Below are positions 37,693 to 48,276 of a stretch of DNA of 64,000 bases, piece by piece (the first letter of the stretch is position 1; the number at the start of each line of letters is the position of its first letter). Origin of the DNA: Acutalibacteraceae bacterium (GTDB taxonomy: Bacteria; Bacillota; Clostridia; Oscillospirales; Acutalibacteraceae). The stretch spans positions 549-64,548 of the forward strand of contig JAZSNR010000027.1 in assembly GCA_045536495.1 (NCBI GenBank), in the 5' to 3' direction. The translations under genes were made by a program, and so were the position numbers. The notes under the pieces were generated by a model. The model was not told the DNA's origin. It did not search any database and saw only the letters and a list, made by a program, of their open reading frames with translations.

Positions 37693-38973
37693 TTATTCGC
37701 CAAGTGCTTGCTGAATGTCTGCAATAAGATCTTCGGCATTTTCGAGACCACAGGAAAGGCGAACAAGGTTTGCGGTAATTCCGCAAGCTTCAAGCTCTGC
37801 ATCGTTCATCTGACGGTGTGTTGCGCTTGCAGGGTGCAAACAACAGCTTCTTGCATCAGCAACGTGAGTTTCAATAGCGATAAGTTTAAGCTTTTTCATA
37901 AACTCTTCTGCGGCTTTTCTTCCGCCTTTAACACCGAATGAAACAACACCGCAAGTGCCGTTGGGAAGATATTTCTGTGCAAGCTCATAATACTTATCGT
38001 TTTCAAGACCTGCATAAGTAACCCATTCGATTTTATCATTTGCTTCAAGGAATTTTGCAACTGCAAGACCGTTTTCGCAATGACGTTTCATACGAACGTG
38101 AAGGCTTTCAAGACCCAGGTTGAGATAGAAAGCATTCTGGGGAGATTGGATTGAACCGAAATCTCTCATAAGCTGTGCAGTAGCCTTTGTAATGAATGCG
38201 CCCTCTTTGCCGAAACGCTCTGCATAGGTGATGCCGTGGTAACTGTCATCGGGAGTGCAAAGTCCGGGGAATTTGTCGGCGTGAGCCATCCAGTCGAATT
38301 TACCTGAATCAACGATGCATCCGCCAACAGCGGCACCGTGACCGTCCATATATTTTGTTGTTGAATGGGTAACAATATCTGCACCCCATTCAAAAGGGCG
38401 GCAACCTACGGGAGTTGCAAAGGTGTTGTCGATAATAAGCGGAACGCCGTGAGCGTGAGCCGCATTTGCGAATTTTTCAATATCAAGAACAGTAAGAGCA
38501 GGGTTTGCGATTGTTTCGCCGAAAACTGCTTTTGTGTTGGGGCGGAAAGCAGCATTGAGCTCTTCCTCTGTGCAGTCGGGAGAAACGAATGTGAAATCAA
38601 TACCCATTCTCTTCATTGTGACTGCGAAAAGGTTATATGTTCCGCCGTAAATTGTGGAAGAAGAAACAACGTGGTCACCGCAGGAAGCGATGTTGAAAAT
38701 TGCATAGAAGGATGCCGCCTGGCCTGAAGAGGTAAGCATTGCGGCAGTACCACCCTCAAGTTCAGCTATTTTTGCTGCAACGGAATCATTGGTAGGATTC
38801 TGCAAACGTGTGTAGAAATAGCCGTTTGCTTCAAGGTCGAAGAGCTTGCCCATATCTTCGCTTGTTGCATATTTAAAGGTTGTGCTCTGGATAATGGGAA
38901 TCTGGCGAGGTTCACCGTTACCGGGAGTGTAGCCACCCTGAACACATTTTGTTTCTATTTTGTAGTCACTCAT
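37693..38973 (-). CDS. metY: O-acetylhomoserine aminocarboxypropyltransferase (sulfhydrylase), PLP-dependent
   Basis: 426 aa of the Cys/Met metabolism PLP family (TKYM.GHG lysine motif). The N-terminus ...ETKCV.GGY.P is typical of MetY. Confidence 0.9.
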   Translation of the reverse strand: MSDYKIETKCVQGGYTPGNGEPRQIPIIQSTTFKYATSEDMGKLFDLEANGYFYTRLQNPTNDSVAAKIAELEGGTAAMLTSSGQAASFYAIFNIASCGDHVVSSSTIYGGTYNLFAVTMKRMGIDFTFVSPDCTEEELNAAFRPNTKAVFGETIANPALTVLDIEKFANAAHAHGVPLIIDNTFATPVGCRPFEWGADIVTHSTTKYMDGHGAAVGGCIVDSGKFDWMAHADKFPGLCTPDDSYHGITYAERFGKEGAFITKATAQLMRDFGSIQSPQNAFYLNLGLESLHVRMKRHCENGLAVAKFLEANDKIEWVTYAGLENDKYYELAQKYLPNGTCGVVSFGVKGGRKAAEEFMKKLKLIAIETHVADARSCCLHPASATHRQMNDAELEACGITANLVRLSCGLENAEDLIADIQQALGE

Positions 38974-39007
38974 TTTAATCAGCCTTTCGAATGTTGTTTT
39001 TTTAAAA

Positions 39008-39703
39008 TTAATCTGTAAGGAAAATGCACCAATAGAATGTATGGCCGTCTTTAGTGTATGCCCCTACGCCGAATTTTTTGAAATTTTTACTGCAAAGAGC
39101 TTTTTTGCTCTGTTCGATTTTTACAAGCTCGTCAAAGGTTTCTTTGTAGCCGAAAGCGGCGGGGATTATTATTTTATCTGCAAATGTATAGCTTATGCCT
39201 TTTTCATCAAGAAGCTTGTAGTAATATGAACCGTCTTCACGGGTGAAAGCAGTGCCTGTTTTGGTGGCGTATTCTTCCGCGGCTTCTCTTGCGGCATCGC
39301 AAAGGTCCTTGGAAAGCTTTAATGTGCTGCTGCCTTCATTAATTCGCATTTCATTTACTTTTTTGAGGAATAGGTCGGAGTTTTCATCAAATTCATAGCC
39401 TTCCATCTGGCGTTTGAGCTCCTGACCGGCGGCAGTTCTTAAAATAAGACGGGCATCTTTAGTGGTGATGGAGTTGTCGTCGTCCATATCAGTGGCTTCA
39501 AAATCCATTCCGATAAGTTTATCACTGTGAATTCCTACGGCAACGGAAAGTGCAAGTATTGCATCCTGAGTTGTAACATAGGAATCGTTATTTATATCAC
39601 CGTAATATCTTTTAATTTCTACTGCCCAAAAGGGCATAGCGGTTAAAACTATGACGGCAGCTATAACAACTGCGGAAACTATTATTTTAAAAGCTTTTTT
39701 CAT
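39008..39703 (-). CDS. secreted or anchored protein with a type I dockerin-like duplicated Ca-binding segment and a C-terminal CAP/SCP (YkwD-like) domain
   Basis: Signal/TM helix, then GDINNDSYVTTQDA and DMDDDNSITTKDA repeats, then a CAP-like end ...GVGAY.....FYWC.F. ATG 39703 follows AAAGGTGG. Confidence 0.65.
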   Translation of the reverse strand: MKKAFKIIVSAVVIAAVIVLTAMPFWAVEIKRYYGDINNDSYVTTQDAILALSVAVGIHSDKLIGMDFEATDMDDDNSITTKDARLILRTAAGQELKRQMEGYEFDENSDLFLKKVNEMRINEGSSTLKLSKDLCDAAREAAEEYATKTGTAFTREDGSYYYKLLDEKGISYTFADKIIIPAAFGYKETFDELVKIEQSKKALCSKNFKKFGVGAYTKDGHTFYWCIFLTD

Positions 39704-39769
39704 AGAACCACCTTTCCTAAAGGTATAATAACCTATTTTATCGTATTGACAATTTATTATACAATATAT

Positions 39770-39820
39770 AAAAAGAAAATGCAACGAATAATTTGTGAAT
39801 TATTCGTTGCATTTTCTTTT
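39770..39820 (-). terminator. intrinsic terminator downstream of the GH38 gene
   Basis: Long perfect stem aaaatgcaacgaataat/attattcgttgcatttt with a T-run. Confidence 0.75.
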
Positions 39821-39825
39821 GGAGT

Positions 39826-39900
39826 GTAGGGGACGGTCTTGACCGTCTCGTCCAACAATTCGCCACAATAACTTTCGGGCGGGTCAAGACCCGCCCCTAC
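39826..39900. repeat. inverted pair of REP-like elements (BIME/MITE-like, 75 nt)
   Basis: gtaggggacggtcttgaccgtc ... gggcgggtcaagacccgcccctac. The two heads face outward. Confidence 0.7.
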
Positions 39901-39903
39901 GTT

Positions 39904-42330
39904 TTATTCTCCGATCAGATTACATTCAATGAGATTTTTACCATTGAATCTGAATCCTTTAGCTTCAAAGGGTGTGAAAATGATTTCAAACTCTTTGCCG
40001 TTTATAGAAAGATTAGTGCTTTCAGCATTTTCAGAAGAGTTGAAAATGCGAAGAAGATATTCTTCATTATTCCACTTTTTATAAGAAGAAAGAAGAATTT
40101 TGTTGTTGCTTATTTTGAACTCTGTTTCGCATTTTTCGCCGTTGCCTGAGGGGAAGAAGGAGAGGGCGTAGGGCGGTTGGTTGAAAACTTCCGCATCTGA
40201 GTCAATAGTGTCAAATTCGGGGGTTAGTCTGTAAGAGAAATCTCTTTCGCCCATATCAATGTGATTGTGGAATCTGTCATCGTCTGTGATGGGTCTGTCG
40301 TTTATGGGGTGGGCAGAATAAATAGGAGTTCTCATAAGAGTTATATTGAGAATATTGTCTTTTGCGCTACCGCCGTAGGTACTGTTGTTGATAACTGCGA
40401 AAGCGGTGTCATTTTCTTTAAATGCGCACCATTTCTGATATGTAACTTCCTTTTCCTCTTCAAGAAGCTCTTCCTTGCCGAAGGCAGTTTGACCTATGAA
40501 TTTCGGGTTTTCAAAGTTTGTATCAAAGGAAAGTTTGTAAAGAGTGTTAACATCGTTTGCAAGAATTTTTACATCTGTATCAATGTAAACATCTTCTTTT
40601 GGGAGTGAATAAGTGATAATCGCAAAAGAATTACGGTTTTTGAAGGTTGCCTGGATTTTGGCTCTTACATCGCCGTTTTCGATGACGTGAACATTCTCAC
40701 AATCTGCATTGGGGTAACCTGCAAATTTATTTGCTTCTTCTTTTAAAAGGAGAGTGAATTCGCCGATTTTATCATAAAAACCGTCGTTTGTCATACCCCA
40801 GGGGTCTTCGTTGTCTTTATAAACAAGGATTTTACCACTGTTTTCTTTTAAAAGATTTTTGCCCTCAAGCTCATATTTATCAATAAGTCCTGTTGATTTA
40901 TTAATAAGAACAGAGGTTTTTTTGTTTTCAAAAACGAAATGAGTATCGGTTTCTTTTAAAGGTGCAATAGGTCTTTTATCGATTTTTTCAACATGCAATT
41001 TGCAATCAAAACGATTGATGCTCATTGGCTTTAATTCTGCTCTGAAGCAAATTCGCTTTCTCCAGTCCATTGTTAAACTGCTTGATTCTTTTTCGTTCTG
41101 GCAAGGGAGGTAGCTTCCTTTTTCATCGCGGATTTTAACAAGGGTTGTTTCGCCCTCGTTCCAATTCTGGTCGGCAAGCTGAAATTCTGCCTGAATTTCT
41201 CTTGTAATGGGGTAGGGGTGAGGGTTGAAAACAATAACGGGAATTTCACCCTCAATTGCTTTTTCCTGACCCTCGCAAAGCTTGAAGAATGCTTTTGCTG
41301 TAAGGCGGGCAACGATTTCTCTGCCGTAACCTAAAAGGCGGAGGATTTCATTCTCGCCGTCTTTTATCATTGTGCCCGGGAGAATATCGTGGAACTGGCT
41401 GAAAAGAAGTGCTTTTTCTGCGGATTTAAGCTCTTTTTCGTCATAGTCCACACCGCTTAATGCAAGCATTTTTTCGCAGGTGACCAGCTCGTTTTCAAGG
41501 GCTCTGTAATTCTTTTTGATTTGCGCCATTGTGGTATAGCAACCTACCATACAATGAACAAGAGATTTGGAGTAAGTGTTAAGCTCTTTAGTATCAACCT
41601 CGGAAAAATAGTTTTCGCAATAAGAATGTTCTACAATTATTTCGGGGTGAGTTTTGATATATTCTTCAATGTTATCAAGGTCAATTTTTGATGGTCCGCC
41701 ACCATGATTGCCAACACCCCATAACATAAGGTTTGCGCCATCGTGGGCATCTTCTAAAATTCTGTCAATTTTTTTGGTAACTTCGCCTCTTGCGCAGTTA
41801 TAACCGCCCCACATTGAATGACCTATAATTTCGCTGCCGTCATAGCCATTCCAGATGAAATCGGTATCGTCACCTACAATGTTGTGAGGGCGCATAAACA
41901 AATAGGAATCGTAACCGCTTTTTTTGAGAATCTGAACAAGACCGCGAGTGTGGCCAAAGGGATCAAAGTTTATTGCGGTGGTGGGCTTAACACCGAATTT
42001 TTCTTTAAAATAACGGTTTCCTATTTCAATCTGACGCAAAAACCCTTCAGCAGAAGGCATTGTGCAGTCGGGCTGGAGATACCATCCGCCCATAATACGC
42101 CATTTACCTTTTTTAACAAGCTCTTGAATTCTTTTGAAAAGCTCGGGCTCGTTTTCCTCAACCCATTCATAAAGAACGGATTCGTTGTGATTGAAAATGA
42201 AATTATCATATTTTTCACAAAAATCAGCGGCAACGCGGAAGGTGGAAATAGCTTCAGCTATGCCTTCGTTTTTTGCCCAAAGCCAGATTGGGTCAAGGTG
42301 AGCGTTGCATAATAAATGGATTTTTTTCAT
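39904..42330 (-). CDS. GH38 alpha-mannosidase (cytoplasmic)
   Basis: MKKIHLLCNAHLDPIWLW is the GH38 N-terminal metal-site motif. About 808 aa. ATG 42330 follows AGGAGC. Confidence 0.88.
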   Translation of the reverse strand: MKKIHLLCNAHLDPIWLWAKNEGIAEAISTFRVAADFCEKYDNFIFNHNESVLYEWVEENEPELFKRIQELVKKGKWRIMGGWYLQPDCTMPSAEGFLRQIEIGNRYFKEKFGVKPTTAINFDPFGHTRGLVQILKKSGYDSYLFMRPHNIVGDDTDFIWNGYDGSEIIGHSMWGGYNCARGEVTKKIDRILEDAHDGANLMLWGVGNHGGGPSKIDLDNIEEYIKTHPEIIVEHSYCENYFSEVDTKELNTYSKSLVHCMVGCYTTMAQIKKNYRALENELVTCEKMLALSGVDYDEKELKSAEKALLFSQFHDILPGTMIKDGENEILRLLGYGREIVARLTAKAFFKLCEGQEKAIEGEIPVIVFNPHPYPITREIQAEFQLADQNWNEGETTLVKIRDEKGSYLPCQNEKESSSLTMDWRKRICFRAELKPMSINRFDCKLHVEKIDKRPIAPLKETDTHFVFENKKTSVLINKSTGLIDKYELEGKNLLKENSGKILVYKDNEDPWGMTNDGFYDKIGEFTLLLKEEANKFAGYPNADCENVHVIENGDVRAKIQATFKNRNSFAIITYSLPKEDVYIDTDVKILANDVNTLYKLSFDTNFENPKFIGQTAFGKEELLEEEKEVTYQKWCAFKENDTAFAVINNSTYGGSAKDNILNITLMRTPIYSAHPINDRPITDDDRFHNHIDMGERDFSYRLTPEFDTIDSDAEVFNQPPYALSFFPSGNGEKCETEFKISNNKILLSSYKKWNNEEYLLRIFNSSENAESTNLSINGKEFEIIFTPFEAKGFRFNGKNLIECNLIGE

Positions 42331-42476
42331 ATGGGTTGCTCCTGAAAGATTTATAATATAATTGGTATTATAGCAAATAAAATTATAGTGTTCAAGGATA
42401 AAGTTAGATAGACTTCGCAAACAGAAGGCAATTGAAACAAAGCAAAAAGGATATCCTTACGGATATCCTTTTTACT

Positions 42477-42570
42477 TGGCGCAGAAGGAGAAACTCGCAA
42501 GGCTCTGCCTTGCGTTCGCTACGCGAACAACCGATTGTGTTCGGCTTCGCCGAGGGAGTTCGAGTCTCTC
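42477..42570 (-). other. tRNA-Ser(GCU)-associated structured element
   Basis: Components: an inverted 15-nt T-arm copy (42556-42570), internal hairpins, a CAGAG-loop hairpin (42497-42513), then a 20-nt copy of the tRNA 3' end with CCA (42477-42496, 1 mismatch). A duplicate of the tRNA terminator follows at 42444-42473. Confidence 0.6.
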
Positions 42571-42625
42571 AACAGACTAATTGAAGTAAAACAAAAAAGA
42601 TACCCTTACGGATATCTTCTTCGTT

Positions 42626-42716
42626 TGGCGCAGAAGGAGAGACTCGAACTCTCGCGCCGGTTTCCCGACCTACGCCCTTAGCAGGGGCGCCTCGTCACCA
42701 ACTTGAGTACTTCTGC
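42626..42716 (-). tRNA. tRNA-Ser (anticodon GCU), CCA encoded
   Basis: Manual cloverleaf: acceptor GCAGAAG/CTTCTGC, anticodon arm CGCCC-CTGCTAA-GGGCG, long variable arm, T-arm GAGAG-TTCGAGT-CTCTC. Confidence 0.85.
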
Positions 42717-42759
42717 ATTGGTAACTGAAAATCAGTTATTAAATTGTCCTCAAAAGAGG

Positions 42760-42848
42760 TGGCGCAGAGAGTGGGATTCGAACCCACGGTACGTTGCCGT
42801 ACGACGGTTTTCAAGACCGTTCCGTTATAACCACTTCGGTATCTCTGC
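42760..42848 (-). tRNA. tRNA-Ser (anticodon UGA), CCA encoded
   Basis: Acceptor GCAGAGA/TCTCTGC, anticodon arm ACGGT-CTTGAAA-ACCGT, long variable arm, T-loop GGTTCGAATCC. Confidence 0.85.
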
Positions 42849-42864
42849 ATATGTTAGCCTTGAT

Positions 42865-42893
42865 ATATTATCACACTCAAAAGAAAAAGTCAA
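42865..42893 (-). promoter_or_regulatory. putative promoter of the tRNA-Ser pair
   Basis: On the minus strand: TTGACT, a 17-nt spacer, then TAATAT, about 16 nt upstream of the tRNA 5' end. Confidence 0.55.
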
Positions 42894-42948
42894 CAGTTTT
42901 TTAATTATGTTTATAAAAAACTTTTTCCAAAAATTTTCGAATAAAGTA

Positions 42949-42977
42949 TTGACATTCGGGAATTGTAAGAGTATAAT
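42949..42977 (+). promoter_or_regulatory. putative promoter of tRNA-Gln
   Basis: TTGACA, a 17-nt spacer, then TATAAT, 12 nt upstream of the tRNA 5' end. Confidence 0.6.
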
Positions 42978-42989
42978 AACGTTCGTCCT

Positions 42990-43063
42990 AGCGGGATAGT
43001 GTAACGGTAGCACGACAGACTCTGACTCTGTTTGTTGGGGTTCGAATCCCTATCCCGCTGCCA
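42990..43063 (+). tRNA. tRNA-Gln (anticodon CUG), CCA encoded
   Basis: Acceptor AGCGGGA/TCCCGCT, anticodon arm ACAGA-CTCTGAC-TCTGT, T-loop GGTTCGAATCC. 74 nt. Confidence 0.8.
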
Positions 43064-43101
43064 AAAACAAAACCACCCAATCGGGTGGTTTTTGTTTTTT
43101 T
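43064..43101 (+). terminator. intrinsic terminator after tRNA-Gln
   Basis: Stem aaccaccc/gggtggtt followed by a T-run. Confidence 0.7.
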
Positions 43102-43112
43102 GTTAAGATTAT

Positions 43113-43254
43113 ATAGGGATTCGAACCAGGAGGGAGCAAAACTCGTTTTGCGGAAGAAAACAGTCCGGTGGACTGTTTTCGCCGACGTGGGCAACGAGCG
43201 AAGCGAGGCGAGAGGCGCAGAGCGCCGAAAAAATCCCTATCCCGCTGCCAAAAA
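43113..43254 (+). other. tRNA-Gln-associated structured element
   Basis: Components: an inverted 15-nt T-arm copy (43113-43127), GC-rich hairpins, a CAGAG-loop hairpin (43214-43226), then a 23-nt exact copy of the tRNA 3' end with CCA and 4 trailing A (43232-43254). It has its own terminator at 43250-43287. Confidence 0.6.
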
Positions 43255-43422
43255 TCCTCGTACGATAGTACGGGGATTTTATTTTTTCACTCTTCACTCT
43301 TCGCTTTTCACTTTTTTCTTGTTGCTCGGATTTTTGGCAAATAATAGTGAACAGTGAAGAAGTTTTTTGCATAATTTTAACATTCATTCACAAACTATTT
43401 ACAAAAAACTTTGCAAAAGTGG

Positions 43423-43451
43423 TTGACAAATGCTACCAGGGGGAGTATATT
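43423..43451 (+). promoter_or_regulatory. sigma-A promoter of the hrcA operon
   Basis: TTGACA, a 17-nt spacer, then TATATT, directly upstream of CIRCE. Confidence 0.65.
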
Positions 43452-43461
43452 ATTAACAGAG

Positions 43462-43488
43462 TTAGCACTCGGCTTTGGAGAGTGCTAA
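43462..43488. promoter_or_regulatory. CIRCE operator (HrcA binding site)
   Basis: TTAGCACTC-N9-GAGTGCTAA is a perfect match to the consensus. Confidence 0.95.
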
Positions 43489-43519
43489 CGGGTGCTAAAA
43501 GCAAAAAAGAGGTGAGGTC

Positions 43520-44551
43520 GTGGCAGAACTTACAGGGCGCAAGCAACAGATTCTTGCAATTATAATCGAACGCTTTATTGCCACGGGCGAACCTGTTGGC
43601 TCAAAAGCTATATGCGCTGAAATGGGCAATGCGGTTTCTTCCGCTACCATTCGTAATGATATGGCGGATTTGGTTGAAATGGGTCTTTTAGAACAGCCTC
43701 ACACATCCGCAGGTCGAGTACCATCTCAACTTGGTTATAGATATTATGTTGATAATTTAATGACTGCTTATGAATTAGGTATAGAAGAGCAGGAACGAAT
43801 CAAAATATGGTTACAGTCCTTTTCAGGCGAACCTGATAAGCTCCTTGAAAAAGCAGGGAGCATTTTAGCGGAGCTTACGGACTGCGTTGCAGTTTCCTCT
43901 TCACCTGCAGATGCAGATGCAAAGATAAAGCGGATTGAGCTTGTTCCTTTAAGCAGTCATACTGCTATGATAGTTCTCCTTGCAACCTCGGGTATTCTTA
44001 AAAGCTCGGTTGTAAGAAGTGACGCAGAAATAAATGTTGATATCGCGGAGGTTTTCTATAACATCTGTCAGAATTATTTTATCGGTAAATCCGTTTCTGA
44101 TATAAATGTAATGTTTATTCAAACTCTTGTTGCTTCCCTTGGGGACAGAGTTTTTATAATGTCACCTTTCTTGTGTGCTATCGCGGACCTTTGCGAAGCG
44201 GTTAAAACAACAGAGCTTCATTTAAAAGGTCAGTCAAACATACTTAATCACGAAGAGCTTTCCGAAGATGCTTTCAGACTTATGGATTTTCTTCACAGAG
44301 GAACACCTCTTGAAAATATGCTTGGTTCACATAAGAAACAGTTAAATGTGGCAATCGGAACAGAAAATCTTTACAGAGAATTGAAGAATTCTTCAACGAT
44401 TTTCTCAAAGTATTCCGTAGGTGACAAGGACAGCGGTTCAATCGGTATAATCGGTCCTACGAGAATTGATTATGCAAGACTTATACCGAGTATAAAATAT
44501 TTAGCATCGGTTATCGGAAATCTCCTTTCGGAGACTTTAGAGGAGGGTTAA
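43520..44551 (+). CDS. hrcA: heat-inducible transcription repressor HrcA
   Basis: GTG start after GAGGTGAGG. RKQQIL..II..FI.TGEPVGSK......G..VSSATIRNDMADL...GLL.QPHTSAGRVP matches HrcA. Confidence 0.93.
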   Translation: MAELTGRKQQILAIIIERFIATGEPVGSKAICAEMGNAVSSATIRNDMADLVEMGLLEQPHTSAGRVPSQLGYRYYVDNLMTAYELGIEEQERIKIWLQSFSGEPDKLLEKAGSILAELTDCVAVSSSPADADAKIKRIELVPLSSHTAMIVLLATSGILKSSVVRSDAEINVDIAEVFYNICQNYFIGKSVSDINVMFIQTLVASLGDRVFIMSPFLCAIADLCEAVKTTELHLKGQSNILNHEELSEDAFRLMDFLHRGTPLENMLGSHKKQLNVAIGTENLYRELKNSSTIFSKYSVGDKDSGSIGIIGPTRIDYARLIPSIKYLASVIGNLLSETLEEG

Positions 44552-44553
44552 AA

Positions 44554-45105
44554 ATGGCGAATGAAGAAAACAAGGCAGTAGAAACCGAAGAAGCTGCCGA
44601 AGTGAAAAAAGAAACAAAAAAAGAAAAGAAAGCAAAGAAAAATGCAGAGGTTGATGCTCTCAAGGCAGAAATTGAGAAGCTCACAACTGACCTTGCGGCT
44701 CTTAAAGATTCACATCTTCGCACTCTTGCAGAATACGACAACTACAGAAAACGCTCTCAAAGAGAAAAGGAAGCAACCTACGGTGATGCGAAAGCGAATA
44801 CACTTAAAGCACTTCTTCCCGTAATTGATAATTTCGACAGAGCTCTGGAGAACTCAACCGATGATATTGAGGTTTACAGAAAAGGCGTTGAAATGACAGT
44901 TGCTCAGCTTAAAGAAATTCTCAAGAATATGGAAGTTGAGAGCTTCGGCGAGGTTGGGGACGAATTTGACCCCAATATTCACAGTGCGGTTATGATTGTT
45001 GAAAATGATGAGCTTCCCGAAAACTCCGTTGCGGCGGTTTTTGAAAAAGGTTATAAAATGGGTGACAGAATATTGCGCTTTGCAACTGTTCAGGTCACTA
45101 ACTAA
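44554..45105 (+). CDS. grpE: nucleotide exchange factor GrpE
   Basis: Acidic/Lys-rich N-terminus, then the LR..AE.DNYRKR motif and a conserved C-terminal beta domain. Confidence 0.93.
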   Translation: MANEENKAVETEEAAEVKKETKKEKKAKKNAEVDALKAEIEKLTTDLAALKDSHLRTLAEYDNYRKRSQREKEATYGDAKANTLKALLPVIDNFDRALENSTDDIEVYRKGVEMTVAQLKEILKNMEVESFGEVGDEFDPNIHSAVMIVENDELPENSVAAVFEKGYKMGDRILRFATVQVTN

Positions 45106-45126
45106 ACATATAAACAATACTTATAA

Positions 45127-46992
<1,866 letters not shown>

Positions 46993-47006
46993 TTATTGAT
47001 TAAAAG

Positions 47007-47039
47007 CCGAAGACGGTTCTCAAAAGGAACCGTCTTCGG
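47007..47039 (+). other. 13-bp perfect stem-loop between dnaK and dnaJ (no T-run)
   Basis: ccgaagacggttc-tcaaaag-gaaccgtcttcgg. It is probably a processing, stability or partial-termination element. Confidence 0.5.
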
Positions 47040-47069
47040 TGAGTGAATTCCTAAAGAAAGGAATCAATT

Positions 47070-48224
47070 ATGGCAGATAAAAGAGATTATTACGAGGTGT
47101 TGGGCGTTTCCAAAAGCGCCACACCCGATGAGATAAAAAAAGCATATCGCCAGCTTGCGAAAAAATATCACCCCGACCTTAACCCCGATAACAAGGAAGC
47201 GGAAGCAAAGTTTAAAGAAGCAAACGAGGCTTATGAAATTCTTTCCGACTCTGATAAGAAAGAAAAATATGACCGCTTCGGCTTTGCAGGTGTTGACCCC
47301 AGCTACGGCGCAGGTCAAGGTGGCGGATTTGGTGGCTTCGGCGGATTTGACGGCGGAATGGAATTCGATTTGGGCGACCTTTTCGGTTCATTCTTCGGCG
47401 GATTCGGTGGTGGCGGTTCACGCTCCAATCCCAACGCTCCCCGTCGCGGTAGCGATATTCAGACTAACATATATATTTCCTTTGAGGAAGCCGCAAAGGG
47501 TTGCAAAAAAACTGTTGAATTCCAGAGAATTGAGCTTTGTGACGAATGCTCCGGTAGCGGTGCGGCAAAGGGTACTTCACCCCAGACCTGCCCTGACTGT
47601 AACGGCAGAGGTCAGATCAATGTTCAGCAGAGAACACCTTTCGGCACTATCAGTACATCAAAGCCCTGTCAGCGTTGCGGCGGTAAGGGTACATTCAATC
47701 CCAATCCTTGCACAAGATGTAAGGGTGCAGGAAGAATCAGAAGAACTGTTAAGCAGGAAATTACTATTCCTGCAGGTATTGATGACGGACAGATTTTCAC
47801 AGTTCGCAACGAGGGTAACCGCGGTGTAAACGGCGGTCCTGCAGGTGATTTGAGAGTTGGCGTTGTAGTTAAGCCCCATCCCTTCTTTGAACGCGACGGC
47901 TACAATGTATGGTATGATATGAAGGTTACTTTCGTTCAGGCTGCTCTCGGTGATAAGCTCCGAGTTCCCACCCTTGACGGACAGGTTGAATATATTCTTC
48001 CTGCAGGAACTCAACCCGGTGACATTTTCAAGTTGAAGGGCAGAGGTATTCAGGTGCTTAACTCCACAAGACGCGGTGACCAGCTCATCAGAATCAGCGT
48101 TGATGTTCCGAAAAACCTTAACGAAAAGCAAAAAGAAGCACTTCTCAATTTCAACAATGCGATGGGTGCAAACCCCGTTGACCCGGAAGAGAAAAAAGGT
48201 TTTTTCGGTAAAAAGAAGAAATAA
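47070..48224 (+). CDS. dnaJ: molecular chaperone DnaJ
   Basis: J-domain DYYEVLGV...[13 protein letters not shown], a G/F region and four CxxCxGxG zinc-finger repeats. Confidence 0.97.
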   Translation: MADKRDYYEVLGVSKSATPDEIKKAYRQLAKKYHPDLNPDNKEAEAKFKEANEAYEILSDSDKKEKYDRFGFAGVDPSYGAGQGGGFGGFGGFDGGMEFDLGDLFGSFFGGFGGGGSRSNPNAPRRGSDIQTNIYISFEEAAKGCKKTVEFQRIELCDECSGSGAAKGTSPQTCPDCNGRGQINVQQRTPFGTISTSKPCQRCGGKGTFNPNPCTRCKGAGRIRRTVKQEITIPAGIDDGQIFTVRNEGNRGVNGGPAGDLRVGVVVKPHPFFERDGYNVWYDMKVTFVQAALGDKLRVPTLDGQVEYILPAGTQPGDIFKLKGRGIQVLNSTRRGDQLIRISVDVPKNLNEKQKEALLNFNNAMGANPVDPEEKKGFFGKKKK

Positions 48225-48228
48225 AAGT

Positions 48229-48276
48229 TTAACCCTATTAAATTTTCCTAAAAAATTTAATAGGGTTAATTGTTTG
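48229..48276 (+). terminator. intrinsic terminator of the dnaK operon
   Basis: 18-bp stem ttaaccctattaaatttt/aaaatttaatagggttaa. Confidence 0.7.

Noticed and set aside
42444-43287. An integrated prophage or genomic island at the tRNA locus
   Set aside because: The duplicated tRNA 3' ends are only 130-190 nt from the intact genes. The window contains no integrase, excisionase or other phage or mobile-element gene. At most these are scars or miniature elements.
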